A DNA stretch of 64,000 nucleotides from positions 18,538,001-18,602,000 of the forward strand of contig CM060734.1 of NCBI GenBank assembly GCA_030704615.1, read 5' to 3'. A model generated the notes under the pieces. That model ran no database searches. It had not been told where the DNA came from and saw nothing but the letters and a program-made list of their open reading frames with translations. Position 1 is the first letter of the stretch. Each line of letters starts with the position of its first letter. This stretch comes from Takakia lepidozioides (Eukaryota; Plantae; Bryophyta). This document shows, piece by piece, positions 1-11,790 of the stretch. Position numbers and translations under genes: made by a program.

Positions 1-781
1 AGAATTGGACTGCCTGAGCTTCCGTAACCCCTTGGGTTACATTTATCAAGCGCCTCATGCGAGTGAAAGCCTCCCTCAAGCTCTCGGTCGGCTTCCGTTG
101 GAACTCTTGCAAGCTCCGCAACTTCTCTGTCCTCACCCCTTGGTAGTTCCCTCTCAACTCTTCGAAGAACTCCACAACAGGGTTGAAGGCAGGCACGGGT
201 GCTAGTGCTGGTGCGGTAGTGGCTTGGGTGGACGTCGTAGCTACTGTACCACCAGTCCCACTGCTACTTGCTGAAGCTGCCGGTGCAGCGGCAGGTGTAG
301 CCACTGCCCTCGTGGCTCTAGTGCCCCTAGTGATGGAGACATAGTCGGGTGACCAGTACATCCTCCACTCCTCGATCTCAACCTCATGCCCCCGCCTGAA
401 CTCATGGTAATCATCCATAGGCGGCCCCTCAAGGTGCTGAAACAGCCCCTTCCATGCCATGAAAGGCGTAAATAGTTGTGGATTGCGCATTTGCTGCAAA
501 TCACACCAACTATCAAACTCTTGGATAAAATCATCCAACTCGATGGTGCCCACCGCCCCAGAGTACCTTCGTGGCCCCTTGGTAGCTCCATACATCTCCT
601 CCATTGTGTCCCACAACAATGGCAAAGAAACAACTTGCACCGCCGGTATGAGTCCTCCTGATTCACAATCCGAATCAGAACCTTCCGTAGAAGACACAGG
701 AGGTGAAGGTGGCCTAAACCGCACCTCGTCTCGTGTACCCACTAGTATCGCTAGTGCTCGAACCGGCACTGTCCCCAGCAA
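1..781 (-). CDS. Ty3/gypsy gag-like ORF, runs off the window's left edge
   Basis: Open minus-strand frame reading ...YSGAVGTIELDDFIQEFDSWCD...LFQHLEGPPMDDY...LRSLQEFQRKPTESLREAFTRMRRL..., which fits the retrotransposon gag QxxxESLxExxxRxxxL pattern. It is missing from the ORF track because it has no stop inside the window. Confidence 0.7.
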   Translation of the reverse strand, partial: MLGTVPVRALAILVGTRDEVRFRPPSPPVSSTEGSDSDCESGGLIPAVQVVSLPLLWDTMEEMYGATKGPRRYSGAVGTIELDDFIQEFDSWCDLQQMRNPQLFTPFMAWKGLFQHLEGPPMDDYHEFRRGHEVEIEEWRMYWSPDYVSITRGTRATRAVATPAAAPAASASSSGTGGTVATTSTQATTAPALAPVPAFNPVVEFFEELRGNYQGVRTEKLRSLQEFQRKPTESLREAFTRMRRLINVTQGVTEAQAVQF

Positions 782-1439
782 CTAGTGGCACCTCCGTGTT
801 GACACTCAACCGGTCATGAACATGTCCCTAACCCCCTCTCCACAAGGTAACCGGGTAGAGAACCTGTTGCGGCTTATGGTTTGGAATACTAAGTTCCTAA
901 CATAGCCTACACCTGTACCTGCATCCACCGCAAGCACTCCTATGGTTGGCTGGTCATCACCTCCAACCTCACCACAGGAGAAACAATGATGGTCTGGCTG
1001 GTCATCACCCAGCCTCACCATCGACAGCATGCTCTAGGACTGGCCGGTGATCAAATCCGGACCAATCACCTATAAAAACAAGCGCCCACACAAAACTAGC
1101 ATGGCGCACAGTCAAGCATGCAGGTATGGAGGGGATCCAAACACAAGAAATCAGAACGACAACTCCCCCACACCAAAAACAACTCCACGGTGTTGCTCCT
1201 GCAAGGACCCCAGCCCAAACCCGGACTGACTCTTGCCTCCACCTACGGAAAGGTCTTGGCCTAATGAGAGGGTGGAAACTACGAGGAAGAGAAGCTAAAG
1301 CAATGCCTAACCCCAGCATGCCCTCATCCCAACACTCTTCCTCTCCTCTCTTCCCTCACTTGCATGACCATGGGAATATCATGAAGATACTCCTCAAACC
1401 GCCCTCCACGAGCTTCAAAATTCGGCCTTCAAGACCACA

Positions 1440-1950
1440 TGCCAGTCCTTAGGCAGTCCACCAGTGCCTCCACGAGTCAGCACAGGGCCGTCCACAGGTC
1501 AACACGGGCCACACAGACCAGCACAGGCCCACACAGCTCACTGGTCACAGCCGTCACACAAACAGGCCACAGCCTGTCACAGCCCTCACAGGCCACTGGG
1601 CACAGCCTGTCACAGCCCCTCACAGCCCCAGCCACTAGGCCAGCCTGTCACAGTCACAGCCCCACAGCCCACAGGGATCAGCCCCTCACAGCCCGTCACA
1701 GGCCAGCCGTCACAGCCCCTAACATCACAGCCCATTCACAGCCCCCAAGGCCACAGCCCGTCACAGTCACAGGCCCTCACAATCCGTCACAGCCCCCCAC
1801 ACCCGGCACAACACCGGTCACAGCCCCACAGGCCACCCACAGCCCTCACACACAGCCCCTCACAGCCCCAAAGGAGCAGGGTCACAGCCCGTCACATCAA
1901 GGCACACACAGCCCGTCACAGCCCCATCCATGGCCGCTCTGGCAGTTTAG
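1440..1950. repeat. Degenerate CACAGCCC / GTCACAG tandem repeat in the retroelement leader
   Basis: Dozens of cacagccc/gtcacag units are directly visible. The overlapping Pro/Ser/Gln/His ORFs are by-products of the repeat. Confidence 0.9.
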
Positions 1951-4389
1951 CCATTTTCTCCAAGGGGTTTAGCCACGCCAAGCTAGGGTTTGTGTCTCTT
2001 GGACTCTAGCTTCTTTCCACCGAGCTATGGCGGCTGTGAGGAAATCAGCAAGGTATTCTTGCTCTTTCGGCTCCCACACACCACCATAGTAGCCCTAAGC
2101 CATGGGTGGTTGCCACAAACCAAGCCTTTTTCTCACTTAGCCTCCCCAAACACGCCACTAAACTCAATGGCAAACAACCAAGCCCTGCTGGTTCCAAGGC
2201 CCTTGTGAGCACTCATTCAAGCACTCTCCTTGGCCATAGCATCTGTCTTAGAGCCTATTCCAGCCCCCTACACCTGCTGCTTCAAGAGTTGCGCTCCCTT
2301 CAGCTTGAAGTTGAAACCCCAACTCACATAGGCCCTACAAGTGCTTTTCTTTCACTCCAAGTGGAAACCAGCCCTAGACCTTCCGTTTCTAGCTCTCTAA
2401 AGCTTGAAAACAAGAGCCTCAATGGGCTGAAGGCATGCTCCACACATGCCCCACTCTCACCATAAGAGAATCAGCTCCTTTGCTTCATTTCTTGCACCCC
2501 ACAAACCTGAAAATACAAGCTTCGAGGCTGAAAGCATGCTTCCACATGCCCTACAGGGAAACCAGCCCTTTCTTCCTTTCTTGCACTCCCACACCTGGAA
2601 AGTGCAAGCCTTCACCAGGCTGATAGCATGCTCCACACATGGCATTGCCCTCACATAAGGGAAGTCAGCCCTTCCCTCTTTCTTGCTTGCCCTCCAAGCT
2701 TTGAAGATGGAAGCTTCAAGGACTGAATACATGCTCCACACATGCAACCTCTTCACACAAGAGATATCACCCCTATCTTGGCTCCTTGGCTCCTGATGCT
2801 CTCTAAGACAAGACTTAAGCACTCCACAGCCTTTGCCAAGCTCCTGAAACCCTAAGGCTTACATTTCCAGCCACAAGACACTTCTCTTGTGGTGCAAGAG
2901 CTTTCTTCCAAGCTCTGAAACCCTAGGTGCACATTCCATGGCCTTGCCGCACCTCTTAGCTCCTGTTCCAGCCCTGCTCTTGCCATGACAAGAGCCCTCT
3001 CAATGCTGAAGCTCGAGATTGAAACCCAATCTCACCATACTCCACAAAGTGCACTGATTTGCCCCAAGCCAAATCAGCCCTTTCGCTTGGTCTTGCAATC
3101 CTTCACACAATGAAAGCTCGCATTCCCAAGTCAGTTCTCAGCTTTGCCACCAAAGCCACTATAACCTGCTCTTGACTGGTCCTCTTCCCAATCGTGCTTG
3201 CTCATGCATGTACACAATCTGAAACCAAGGTGCTCTGGAATTACTGCAGCATGGTGCTTTCATCTCTGAAGCTGAAGATCGAATGCCAAGGTCTACCACC
3301 TCGTAACCCACATCGCCTCCGCTTCTAACAACCAAGAGCTCAACGGTGCTCCTTGCATAACAACTTGGTTTCTCTCATTCTCAAGCAAAAACCACAAGTG
3401 CTACAACTAACTCGTATCTGGCACTCACAGATACGAGCTCATCTTTCTCGAGTGATAAAGAAGAAGAATACAAGCACGAGCTCACAAAGCTGAAGCATAA
3501 ACTCATGCATATATAACCTCATCACTCAAATACAAGTCAAGCCAAGTGCACCCACGCCATGGGGAATCCACACTACGGCGCCATAGCTAGGCGCGGTGAG
3601 GCTCAACTCGAGAAAGAAGAGCCTTCCGCGCTTGCCGTGAAGATAACCACTCCAGGGCCTAAATCTGCCTTGACCCCTGGATTGACACTTGGGCCAATCC
3701 CAAATGTCAATATGTAAAAGCTAGCTATTTCCTAGCTAGTTTCAAACTAGTGGTAAAATAACTTGACAGTAGCCAAAAAAGAGTACCGAGAAGATCGGAT
3801 CTGCGGTTAGAGGTATTTTCAGAAAACAAAACAAACAGCAAAGAAGAAAGAAAATGAAGAAAATGAAGAAGGACAAAATACACACGAAACAACAAACACA
3901 GATTCATTTGGTTAGAATTGCGGTATTGTCTCTCACCAACCTATGAACCAAGAAGAACACCAACATGTATGATAGTGAAAGCCACCGTCACTTGCCCGCT
4001 TTTAGAATAAAGACAAGTTGTTGTGGGTTAAAAACAAGGAACCCAAAACGTCAACAGCGTACATGGGAAACATTGTCGCAGGACTCCAGCTTCCCACACA
4101 ACTTTATACGGCTCGAAAAGTAATGGTGAAGGGACATGGACTTGGTTTGTGCCAGTATGGTTTCAGCGAGCTCTTAACTAATGTCGATTGCACAATTGAT
4201 GGAGAGAGGAGGAAATTGCAGGGTACGTCTCAAATATTCATTTGTACTGGTAGCATCGCAGTCAGTTAGCCAGGAGTAAGCAGGGGAGAAAATGATCACT
4301 GATCATAGGTATCGAATTGGGTGTTAACTTACGAAACACACACAAGAAAAAACTAAAATGGAGGAGGCAACCGAACATACCACAGTGTA

Positions 4390-5023
4390 CGACAGCGTAA
4401 GTTGGGTGGTGATGAGGTCCAAGGTCTTTTCTCCCATATGCTCATGGAGTAACTGTACCCATCAACTTCCCTTTTATCCGAGAGCTACAGCCCAAAAGAA
4501 CGGGATATGCCCCCCTCCCTGACGAACTCTCTGAAGAAACAATTACTCCACGCTATCGCCTTCCACTGTCTCAAGTAATCTTCCAGAGCATCTTCGGGCA
4601 AGGTCATCGTCATCTTGTAAGCATTTAGCTGCTTCTCCAGCACCTGGTTTGCACGAGCTTCAATCTGTCAAAAGACGCAATCCAAAATGTTAGAGTCCAT
4701 ACCAGGGAAGATCCTTCTGTAAATTCAAGAAAAGACAGTCCACAAGATTACCTGGCTCCAGTACGTGGCTTTGTGCAGCCATGTATCAAAAACTTGATCG
4801 CTGAAGGGCCTGATGTGGCCAGTGTTTTTGTCTCTTTCCCCCTTTGGGAAGCAATATGTGTCCTTCATTGTTGGGTCAGAATTCCAAATCTCCAACCATT
4901 TAACTTTCTGCTCGGAATCCACCACTGTAGTTGACAAGCGATGCAGCTTTTCTTGTGTCATCTCTGGCTTGGTGTTGTTGTTCCAGTGGTTCCTCACCTC
5001 ATTCAAGAATTGAGGCCCAACAG
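4390..5023 (-). pseudogene. N-terminal fragment (copy A) of the MULE-borne methyltransferase-family gene
   Basis: FLNEVRNHW..PEMTQEKLHRLST..EQKVKWLEIWN..FP..FDTWLHKATYWSQ|IEARANQV..LEDYLRQW..NCFFREF aligns with the N-terminal exons of the 7095-10025 gene. GT-AG intron 4751-4665 sits at the equivalent position. Confidence 0.7.
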
Positions 5024-6664
5024 TACAAAGATGCCAAAAGCATGGCGGAGGCGAATACTTTGTTCCAGTCAATTCGTGCCTGGTGGTTCTCATCTGGGGC
5101 TGTATCAGAAGACAATATGAGAGCGTTGGAAGACTGGCTAGCATTTTGGCACTTCCGGTACAGACAATGGGGAGCATGCACTACAACGGTACCTGAATTT
5201 CAGATCATGAATTCTCATTGGCTTTGTATGCATTTCCAATCATGTCTGTTGTCGTGGGGTGCACCTGTTTGTTCTCATGTGTGTTTTCCCTTTCTACAGC
5301 ACTTGTCAATTGAGGAGATGGCGGACATGCCCTCTTGCAATCTAGCGGAGACAGTGCACAATGCGTGGTTGCAGCAGTCTGGAAAGCGGGGGTGGGATTT
5401 GTATCTGGCGACGGCAGATGATCTCATCCGAGCTCTGCAGCAACAAACGAGATATCGCGATTTCTTGAGGGGTGGCGTTGGTGCCAAAGGCCCTGACAAG
5501 TCTGAATTGATGTTGCGAGCTGCAAAAAGATCGGGGGATCCAAACAAAATTGCCAGAGCTGTCAGCATGTGTGCGGAGGGAACTCCTCTGGTGTCCAAAG
5601 TTCCCCATCTGGAGGGCGAGGAGAGATTCGGCTCCTGTAAATGGAAATTGAACACCCCTCCTGGGTCGGATGCAGACTCGCACAGGGTGGACAGGGACAA
5701 CTTCTCCATTCCGCGTGTTCCATTGCATGAGAGGTTCGTCTCTCATGCGGAGTGCGGAGCAACGTTTCTCACAAAGCACGCCAGCATCTCCCACTGTCAA
5801 TGAGTCCAGCGTGCTCTCGCCTGTGGTGGAGTCCACCTGCTCCGACGAAGTGTGGCACATAGAACGCACCAGAGCTGGTCTCGAGTGAAGTGCTCCGCAA
5901 TCAGAGCCACCAATCGTGAGAAGTGCAAGTCCTTCATATCCAGAGGCAGTGCCTGCACTCCGGCACCGACCTTCACCGGTTTGTTCCAACCTTACGGGCA
6001 GCTAGAGGAAAAAAACCACAAATTTTGGTTCTGCGCTGACGACTGTGGTAGGTGCGTGCGTGGGACCGTGCGACCATCAGTGGTCATGAAGCCTCCTCCA
6101 CCGAGCGTTTGGCCTGTCAAGGTGGGGACAAAGCTCACAAGTCGGGAGATTGCAATGTTGGAGGAGGCAGGGTTCTCCCTTCAACGAGAAGCCTCTGTGC
6201 GTGCAAGTGCTTCCACTTCAGGAAGTTCTAGAGTGCCACCAGCCAACCCAGATGCATGGCCAACAAAAAGAAATGGGAAGGTAGTACGTCGTTTCCCTCC
6301 AACTGCCGAGCATTTTGGCAAGGTGGAATCTGCTCGAATGCTTCTAGGACGTGTTGCAGGCACTACGGAAGTTGCAGATCCCGGGTATGGTCGGATCTAT
6401 ACTATGATGACCTCTACATCTGCTATCCATGACAGATTCTACAACATCACAGTTTCAAATTTCCCCAACTGCACCTATCCTGATTTTGTTGGCATGCTTT
6501 CAACAAGTTTGGGAAAGAGAGGCAAATTTGTACCCTGCAAGCATTTTTATTTTATCTTCCTGAACAGAATGATTTGTGATCCCAAACGCGACATCTTCAC
6601 TCACCAGGCCACCATGAGTTTCAACGAGGTGAATACACTGATGCAGCAGGATAGAAGCACATAG
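5018..6664 (+). pseudogene. Mutator-like transposase, C-terminal part (catalytic-Glu region + SWIM zinc finger), 5'-truncated and frameshifted
   Basis: WLAFWHFRYRQWG, intron 5189-5299, SCNLAETVHNAW (resembles the MULE TNNxxESxH region), and a SWIM-like YNITV..NCTYPDF..PCKH. A frameshift lies near 5760-5880. The paralog at 19033-20430 sits inside TIRs with a 9-bp TSD. Confidence 0.75.
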
Positions 6665-6859
6665 GAAGAAGCTGACTTTCGTCCAATGCAATTTCCACTA
6701 CTGAGGAATGTGTGCCATTTTAATAGTGTAATCAATGCAAAATAAATGGGATGGATAAGCATGCGTCGACATGTTTCCGGTTTCCCATTTCCGGTGTTTT
6801 CGTATTCTATTTATCCTGAATGAATGCCACGGCAATAGGTCCCTCGACTATAGGCGCTA

Positions 6860-7093
6860 CATGTTTATGTTGACATGACGTCCGCCACGTTGGCCGAATC
6901 CCACGTGGACATGTGGACTGCCACGTAGGCATGTTGACTGCCACATCATGTTTTTCACTGCCATGTTAGCACGCTCATGCCACGTCACCCTCACGCTCGC
7001 GCCACGTCAGCGTGAGCCCACGCTCATGCCACATCAGCTGCTGGTCCCCTACGCTCGCGCCATGTCAGCATAGCGTGAGCGCACGCTCACGCG
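6860..7093. repeat. MULE subterminal repeats (GCCACGT, GCTCACG/CGTGAGC); truncated right end of a MULE copy
   Basis: AGCGTGAGCGCACGCTCACGCG (7072-7093) matches the right TIR of the 17673-21142 element but lacks its last ~12 bp. Confidence 0.7.
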
Positions 7094-7094
7094 C

Positions 7095-10025
7095 GCTCGT
7101 CGCTGCTTGGAAAAGACTTCATCCCCGAGATTGCAAAACACTATTCTCGGGCCATGCAGCCGACCATGCAGTTGGAGAAACAACATCACCTCTCAACGGC
7201 ATGTGTGGAGGCAAAAGAGAAGGTGAGGTTTCAATGCACTGAAGTTCCTTCCTAGCAATAGCCACTCTTCTTCCTGCTCCTGACATTGGATCGGAAATGG
7301 CAGACACGGTGGCTGTCGAATTGGAATGCATCGGAGAGTATAAGGACCATGTGGTCTTTTCCACTCGAAGTTTCCGACCTTGCAGTGGATGTGTGGCTCA
7401 ATCGCATGACTTGGTGGTTCCATGTAATTCAAGGTACTTCCCCCGATTTGCTTTGCTGGAATGAATTCCGTGAACTGCTACGTGACAATGCATGTTGGAA
7501 ATGCAGGTAATGACGAATGCAAAGGAACAAGTCATAATGCATACAAATTTGTTCAGCTTGTACGTCAAATGGGATGGAACACAGACATTGGAAGACTACA
7601 TGACACGTTTCAGATGTGCGTACAAGGACAACATCTTTGCCAGGGAGCTGCAGACAGCAAGAAGGAGCGTGGAGTTTACACACCAGGAGGGGGCGGGAAA
7701 AGCTGCAATGCAAATTGTGTACAGGTGAAGCCCAGCTCCCATTGTATGCAAAAGCTGGGTTATGAGGTTTGCCTGGAAAATGCGGCACCGCATTCACACT
7801 TTATATTTTTGGTTGCACTCTGCGAATACATTGGTCATAACTTGTGCTCACGCATGTTGACTGTCTTGCAGGTATATGAAATACGTGCTTCTTAAGACAG
7901 GGGCCCTGGCTCAAGAGCCACCGTTCTTCATGGCTTGGACCGTGGCGGCCCAAGCTGTGTCTACCTACTAGAGATGGAGAAACAATGGCATGCCGCGCAT
8001 CTCGTTGGATGCCCGTGGTACCTGGACATGTCTGGCGGACTTGTTGACGAATCGGAGAAAGTTCTGCACACGAAAGCAGAGGAGAGGAGAAAGGAAAGAC
8101 GTGTCCCTGCTAGGCATGAGTCGGCAAAGGACGCTGCTGCTCTGGAACAATCCAGAAAGGCAGCTGAGATGACACGAAAGACGGTGGATGTAGCTGTGCA
8201 GGCTCAACAGAAGGGGTCGAAGAAGAGGACTTGCCAGCAAGGAGTAGCAGTTGTGACACCCAAGAAAACGAAGAAGCAGAAACAGAAAGAGCAGGAAGAG
8301 GGTGATGAAGAGGACTCCGATGGAGACTTTGCAACCAGCCCACCCCCCGAGCAGCCGAAATCCCGTGTGCCCACCGTTGTCATGGAAGGGACGAGAACGG
8401 GCTCGGCAAAAAAGGCACTCTTCAACCCCCCGGGGGGACACCCTTTCGAGTCGGTGGAAATGAAGAGGCCAAAAGTGGAGCCAGAAACAGTAGTTCAGTG
8501 TGTCAATGAGAGTTTCTTGGCGGCTTTGGATGGACGGGCAACCAAGTTGGCATACATCAAGACCATGGAGGGTCTGAAGGGCAGAGCACTGAAGAAGGCG
8601 GCTACCGAAGAGCCTTCCGACACCCCTGGGTTTCTGAAGATGGTCTCGTTCTTTGAGAAGGTGTGTGCAGGGAAGGATTGCAGGAGGGGCGGAAAAGCCA
8701 CCAAGTGGTCTTGCGATATGATCATCTTGGATATTCCGGACGGAGAGCCTGTGGAAGGACTGCAAGCTTTGCCATCTTGGAACAGGTACTCTGAGGACTT
8801 TTGGAAGAAAGGATTCGGGCTTGCCCGCATGGTGTTGGATGACAGAGGCTGTGTGGGTGTCCTGGCGAGCAGAGGCAAAAACACGGAGGCAGGAATTGCG
8901 AAGTGGACCCGCAAGAGCGCCTTCCAAATTGTGAAGAAGAAGTGGACGTGCATCAACACATTGGGCCTTCGGTCGGAAGGGAAGAAGGTAATTAGGACAT
9001 TAGCAATCGTCCTTTCATTTTGTAACCTGTTTTGAAATGCGGTGCCGCATTCGATTTCTAATCGTTCCCCACTGTGTATGCAGACGAAGCAATTCGATGC
9101 ATACTGCTTGTGAAGGAAAACTCGACCTTTTTGCTTTCCGGAAGGAGGGATTGTTGATTGACCCGAACTACGACCCCATCGATTATGACATCCTGTTCAA
9201 CAACGTTCCCACGGAACTCCTCCCTCATAGCCTCACTTCAATGGATCCCCTGCGGTATTCACGGACTCGGAGCCCTGCCTTCATCCAGACAATTATGGAG
9301 GCATGCATTGACCTGGAGGGCAGAGTGCTGGACCTCATCTGTGGAACAGGTATGCAGATTCTTGTAATATGCTATTCTGCGAATTCTCATTATGTTCAAA
9401 TTTGCCATATGTGAAGGGCCATTTTTTAATGAGTGGATGGCATTGTAACAGGTGCCTCAATGTGGGCTGGGCGATTTTCCGACCGGCACCTCTTTGCCTA
9501 CGAGGAGGACACATCCGTCTGGGGATCCCATCTGGAAGGGCTTCAACGGAATGTGAAGGCTCCCATCGAAGCCAAAGATTCCTCGATGATTCGTCGGACT
9601 CGGAGGAAGAGACAGTGGACATTGATGCCGAGGAGAACCCGGAATACAAGTGAGTGCAGACTTTGTAAGTTTGCAAAGCCTTCTGGGTGTTTTTTGTCAC
9701 ACGCATTTCCGGACTGTGGTTCTCATTGGTCTCGTGGGTGATTGTTATGTGCAGGATTCCAGGATCCGGATCGAACCCTGTAGCGCCTACATTTCTTGCC
9801 AGGAAGAATGTCCCGTTCATTGTGAGGACCGACTTCATGAAGAGCCCGGTGAAGGACTATTCCCTTCCTAGTTATGCAACTAAACTTGCAAATACAGCGA
9901 TTAGACGATGTGAGAATCCCAGTAAAGTAGAGCTGGTTTTGGAGAGGGCGGCTAGGGAGGACAGAAGGATAAGGAAAGAGTTGGCAGCAGCTGAGACAAG
10001 TGCGGGTGCGAAAGTATATATGTGA
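7095..10025 (+). pseudogene. Spliced gene (copy B) for a beta-class amino-DNA methyltransferase-like protein (N6_N4_Mtase-type) with unknown N- and C-terminal domains; about 3 frame disruptions
   Basis: Inferred exons: ~7095-7222, 7304-7423, 7507-7724, 7872-8987, 9084-9349, 9452-~9649, ~9754-10025, all with GT-AG introns. Motifs: CDMIILDIPDG (motif IV-like; DIPD at 8730-8741), ARMVLDDRGCVGV, RSPAFIQTIMEAC, and VLDLICGTG|ASMWAGRFSDRHLFAYEED (motifs I-II). Motif IV precedes motif I, which is the beta-class order. Confidence 0.7.
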
Positions 10026-10359
10026 TTCAGCGGAAAGAGAGCGATGCAGACAGGGAGGACGACGACCCCAACGGAGGTGAGATGGTCAGTTCCGCAAGGG
10101 GAAGATGGGATTTTCGAAAGCTTGGCAAACGAGCAGTCCGCTGGACAAGAGAAAAGGCCATGACGGGGTGGCAGGAGAGCAGGATAGTCAAGGACATGAT
10201 GACGATAGTGATGATTTTCAAGATTGGTAGAATTTTAATTAACTCTCTGTACATTTACATTCTCTTCCAGAGTATATAAAGGAAATTTTCCTCGATGTTG
10301 ATGTCCCCTCTCCCATGTGCTTCTAAACGATACCATCTTACAAACCACGTCCTTCCCAA

Positions 10360-11030
10360 AACCGGAAATGCAGGACCGCATTTCCAAAACCGGGGCAAAA
10401 ACAATTTTTCCGTTTCTTGGTTTGAACATCAAAAATTGTTCGGCCGAACGGAAATGCGGTGCTGCATCTCCGTTTTCGACATGGAAGTTTTGCCGATTGC
10501 CAGCTCCTTCCAAGGAGGTAAATGGAAATGCGATGCCGCATTCGGAGGTCGAACACGTTATTTCCATGGCGGACATGGACATGCGGGCATTTCCATTTTG
10601 GAGATAGATGTTTGTCCAATTCCAAACCCTTCAACGGAAATGCGACACCGCATTCCATGATGCTGGACAAAAATGCGGCACCGCATTCCATTGTCCAATA
10701 AGAAATTTTGATGACGGACATGGAAATGCGGTGCCGCATTTCCAGAACGGACATCGTTGTTTGTCCAATTCCAGACCCTTCGACGGAAATGCGGCACCGC
10801 ATTCCATTGTGTTGGACGGAAATGCGGTGCCGCATTCCATTGTCCAATACGAAATTTTGATGACGGACATGGAAATGCGGTGCTGCATTTCCAAAACGGA
10901 CATGGACATGCATTGGCGATTGGACATGCTTGGACAATTCAAGGTCCAATATGGAAATGCGGTGCCGCATTTGAAATTCGAAGTATGGAAATGCCATGTC
11001 AAGAAATGAAATGCGGTGCCGCATTTCCGA
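10360..11030. repeat. Array of ~11 palindromic GGAAATGCGG(TG/CA)CCGCATT(T)CC motifs with a ~149-bp higher-order repeat
   Basis: Copies near 10364, 10451, 10524, 10636, 10669, 10722, 10785, 10818, 10871, 10953 and 11008. Single copies also lie in introns at ~7776 and ~9034. Confidence 0.9.
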
Positions 11031-11303
11031 GCTTGGGCATGTACATGTTTCTTTTTACTCATACATGGATTTCCTTCACCTCAGGACTCTGATATCGCTG
11101 ACTCTGATATATTGATATGGACAGAGACATTGTAGAAATGAGACCACAAATTGTAAACAGTGGGCCAATTACAGCAGTTCTTGAATACAATGAAACACAA
11201 CACACAGAAGTGAGGGACGATGGGTTGTTTTATTGATCGAACAGGGTGTCTCACATTTAGCAAGTCCAGACAAATTTAAGCCCTTCCGCCTTCTACATGG
11301 GCG

Positions 11304-11790
11304 TCACCAAGTCGACGGAACTTCGATAGCCCTCAAAACAAGCTCATTACTGACGCGGCACCTCCAGGTAAACTGCAATGCGGTCGTTCTGGTGCCCTTG
11401 GTGGAGCTGATGACCGGCATCCCATTCCAGCTTGGTATACCAAGGTCAACAATTTTCAGGACCCACGGACCGCATTGACCCTCGCCCTCACCTCGCTCAA
11501 AGCGGTAATCGCCCTCCAAATACTCCATTGCGCGCAAAGACTCCAGCTTGATTCGAGAAGCGTCAGTGAAAATAGAGAGCCACACAATGATGTCTCCTGA
11601 TTCTGGTTTGAACATCGCATAATCGTGGCCATGATAAGGGCTCTCAGCAAGATTACGGCGGCACGACATCCTTGCAAAAGATTAGCGGAGTACGCTCAAT
11701 GACAGCAGCTCCCGGATGGAGGAGGCAGCAGCGCGGTGGCTGGAAGTAGTTCAAGGACATGACAATGTGTTTGCAAACGCTGCAATTCCT
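11304..11790 (-). pseudogene. Unknown protein, paralog of 12072-12809
   Basis: Shares SFARMxC, PYxGxDYAM, SGDIxxW, EYxxGxYxFERG, PW, QFTWR and ELVxRAxEVP with the plus-strand ORF. An in-frame stop lies just upstream of SFAR. Confidence 0.65.

Larger units (their letters stand above)
1..3965 (-). mobile_element. 5' portion of an LTR retrotransposon (LTR, long repetitive leader, gag)
   Basis: The minus strand starts TGTTGGTG at 3965, at an abrupt change in sequence character. A PBS-like TGGCGCCGT lies at ~3575-3583 (minus), followed by a long repetitive leader and then gag. The inner LTR boundary is not resolved. Confidence 0.55.

Noticed and set aside
1439-2009. Pro/Ser/Thr/His-rich ORFs as an extensin or mucin-like gene
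   Set aside because: They arise from a stop-free tandem repeat in a retroelement leader, open in several frames.
7968-8927. 319-aa minus-strand ORF
   Set aside because: It is the antisense shadow of the MTase-like exon and has no recognisable motifs.
7095-10025. Bacterial contamination or a restriction-modification operon
   Set aside because: The gene has spliceosomal introns conserved between paralogs and is embedded in plant transposons. No restriction enzyme was recognised.
10360-11030. CRISPR array
   Set aside because: Spacers vary widely in length and are themselves duplicated (~149-bp unit), there are no cas genes, and the context is eukaryotic.
10235-11092. Overlapping ORFs on both strands
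   Set aside because: They are translations of the palindromic repeat (KCGTAF / MRHRI / GNAAPH).
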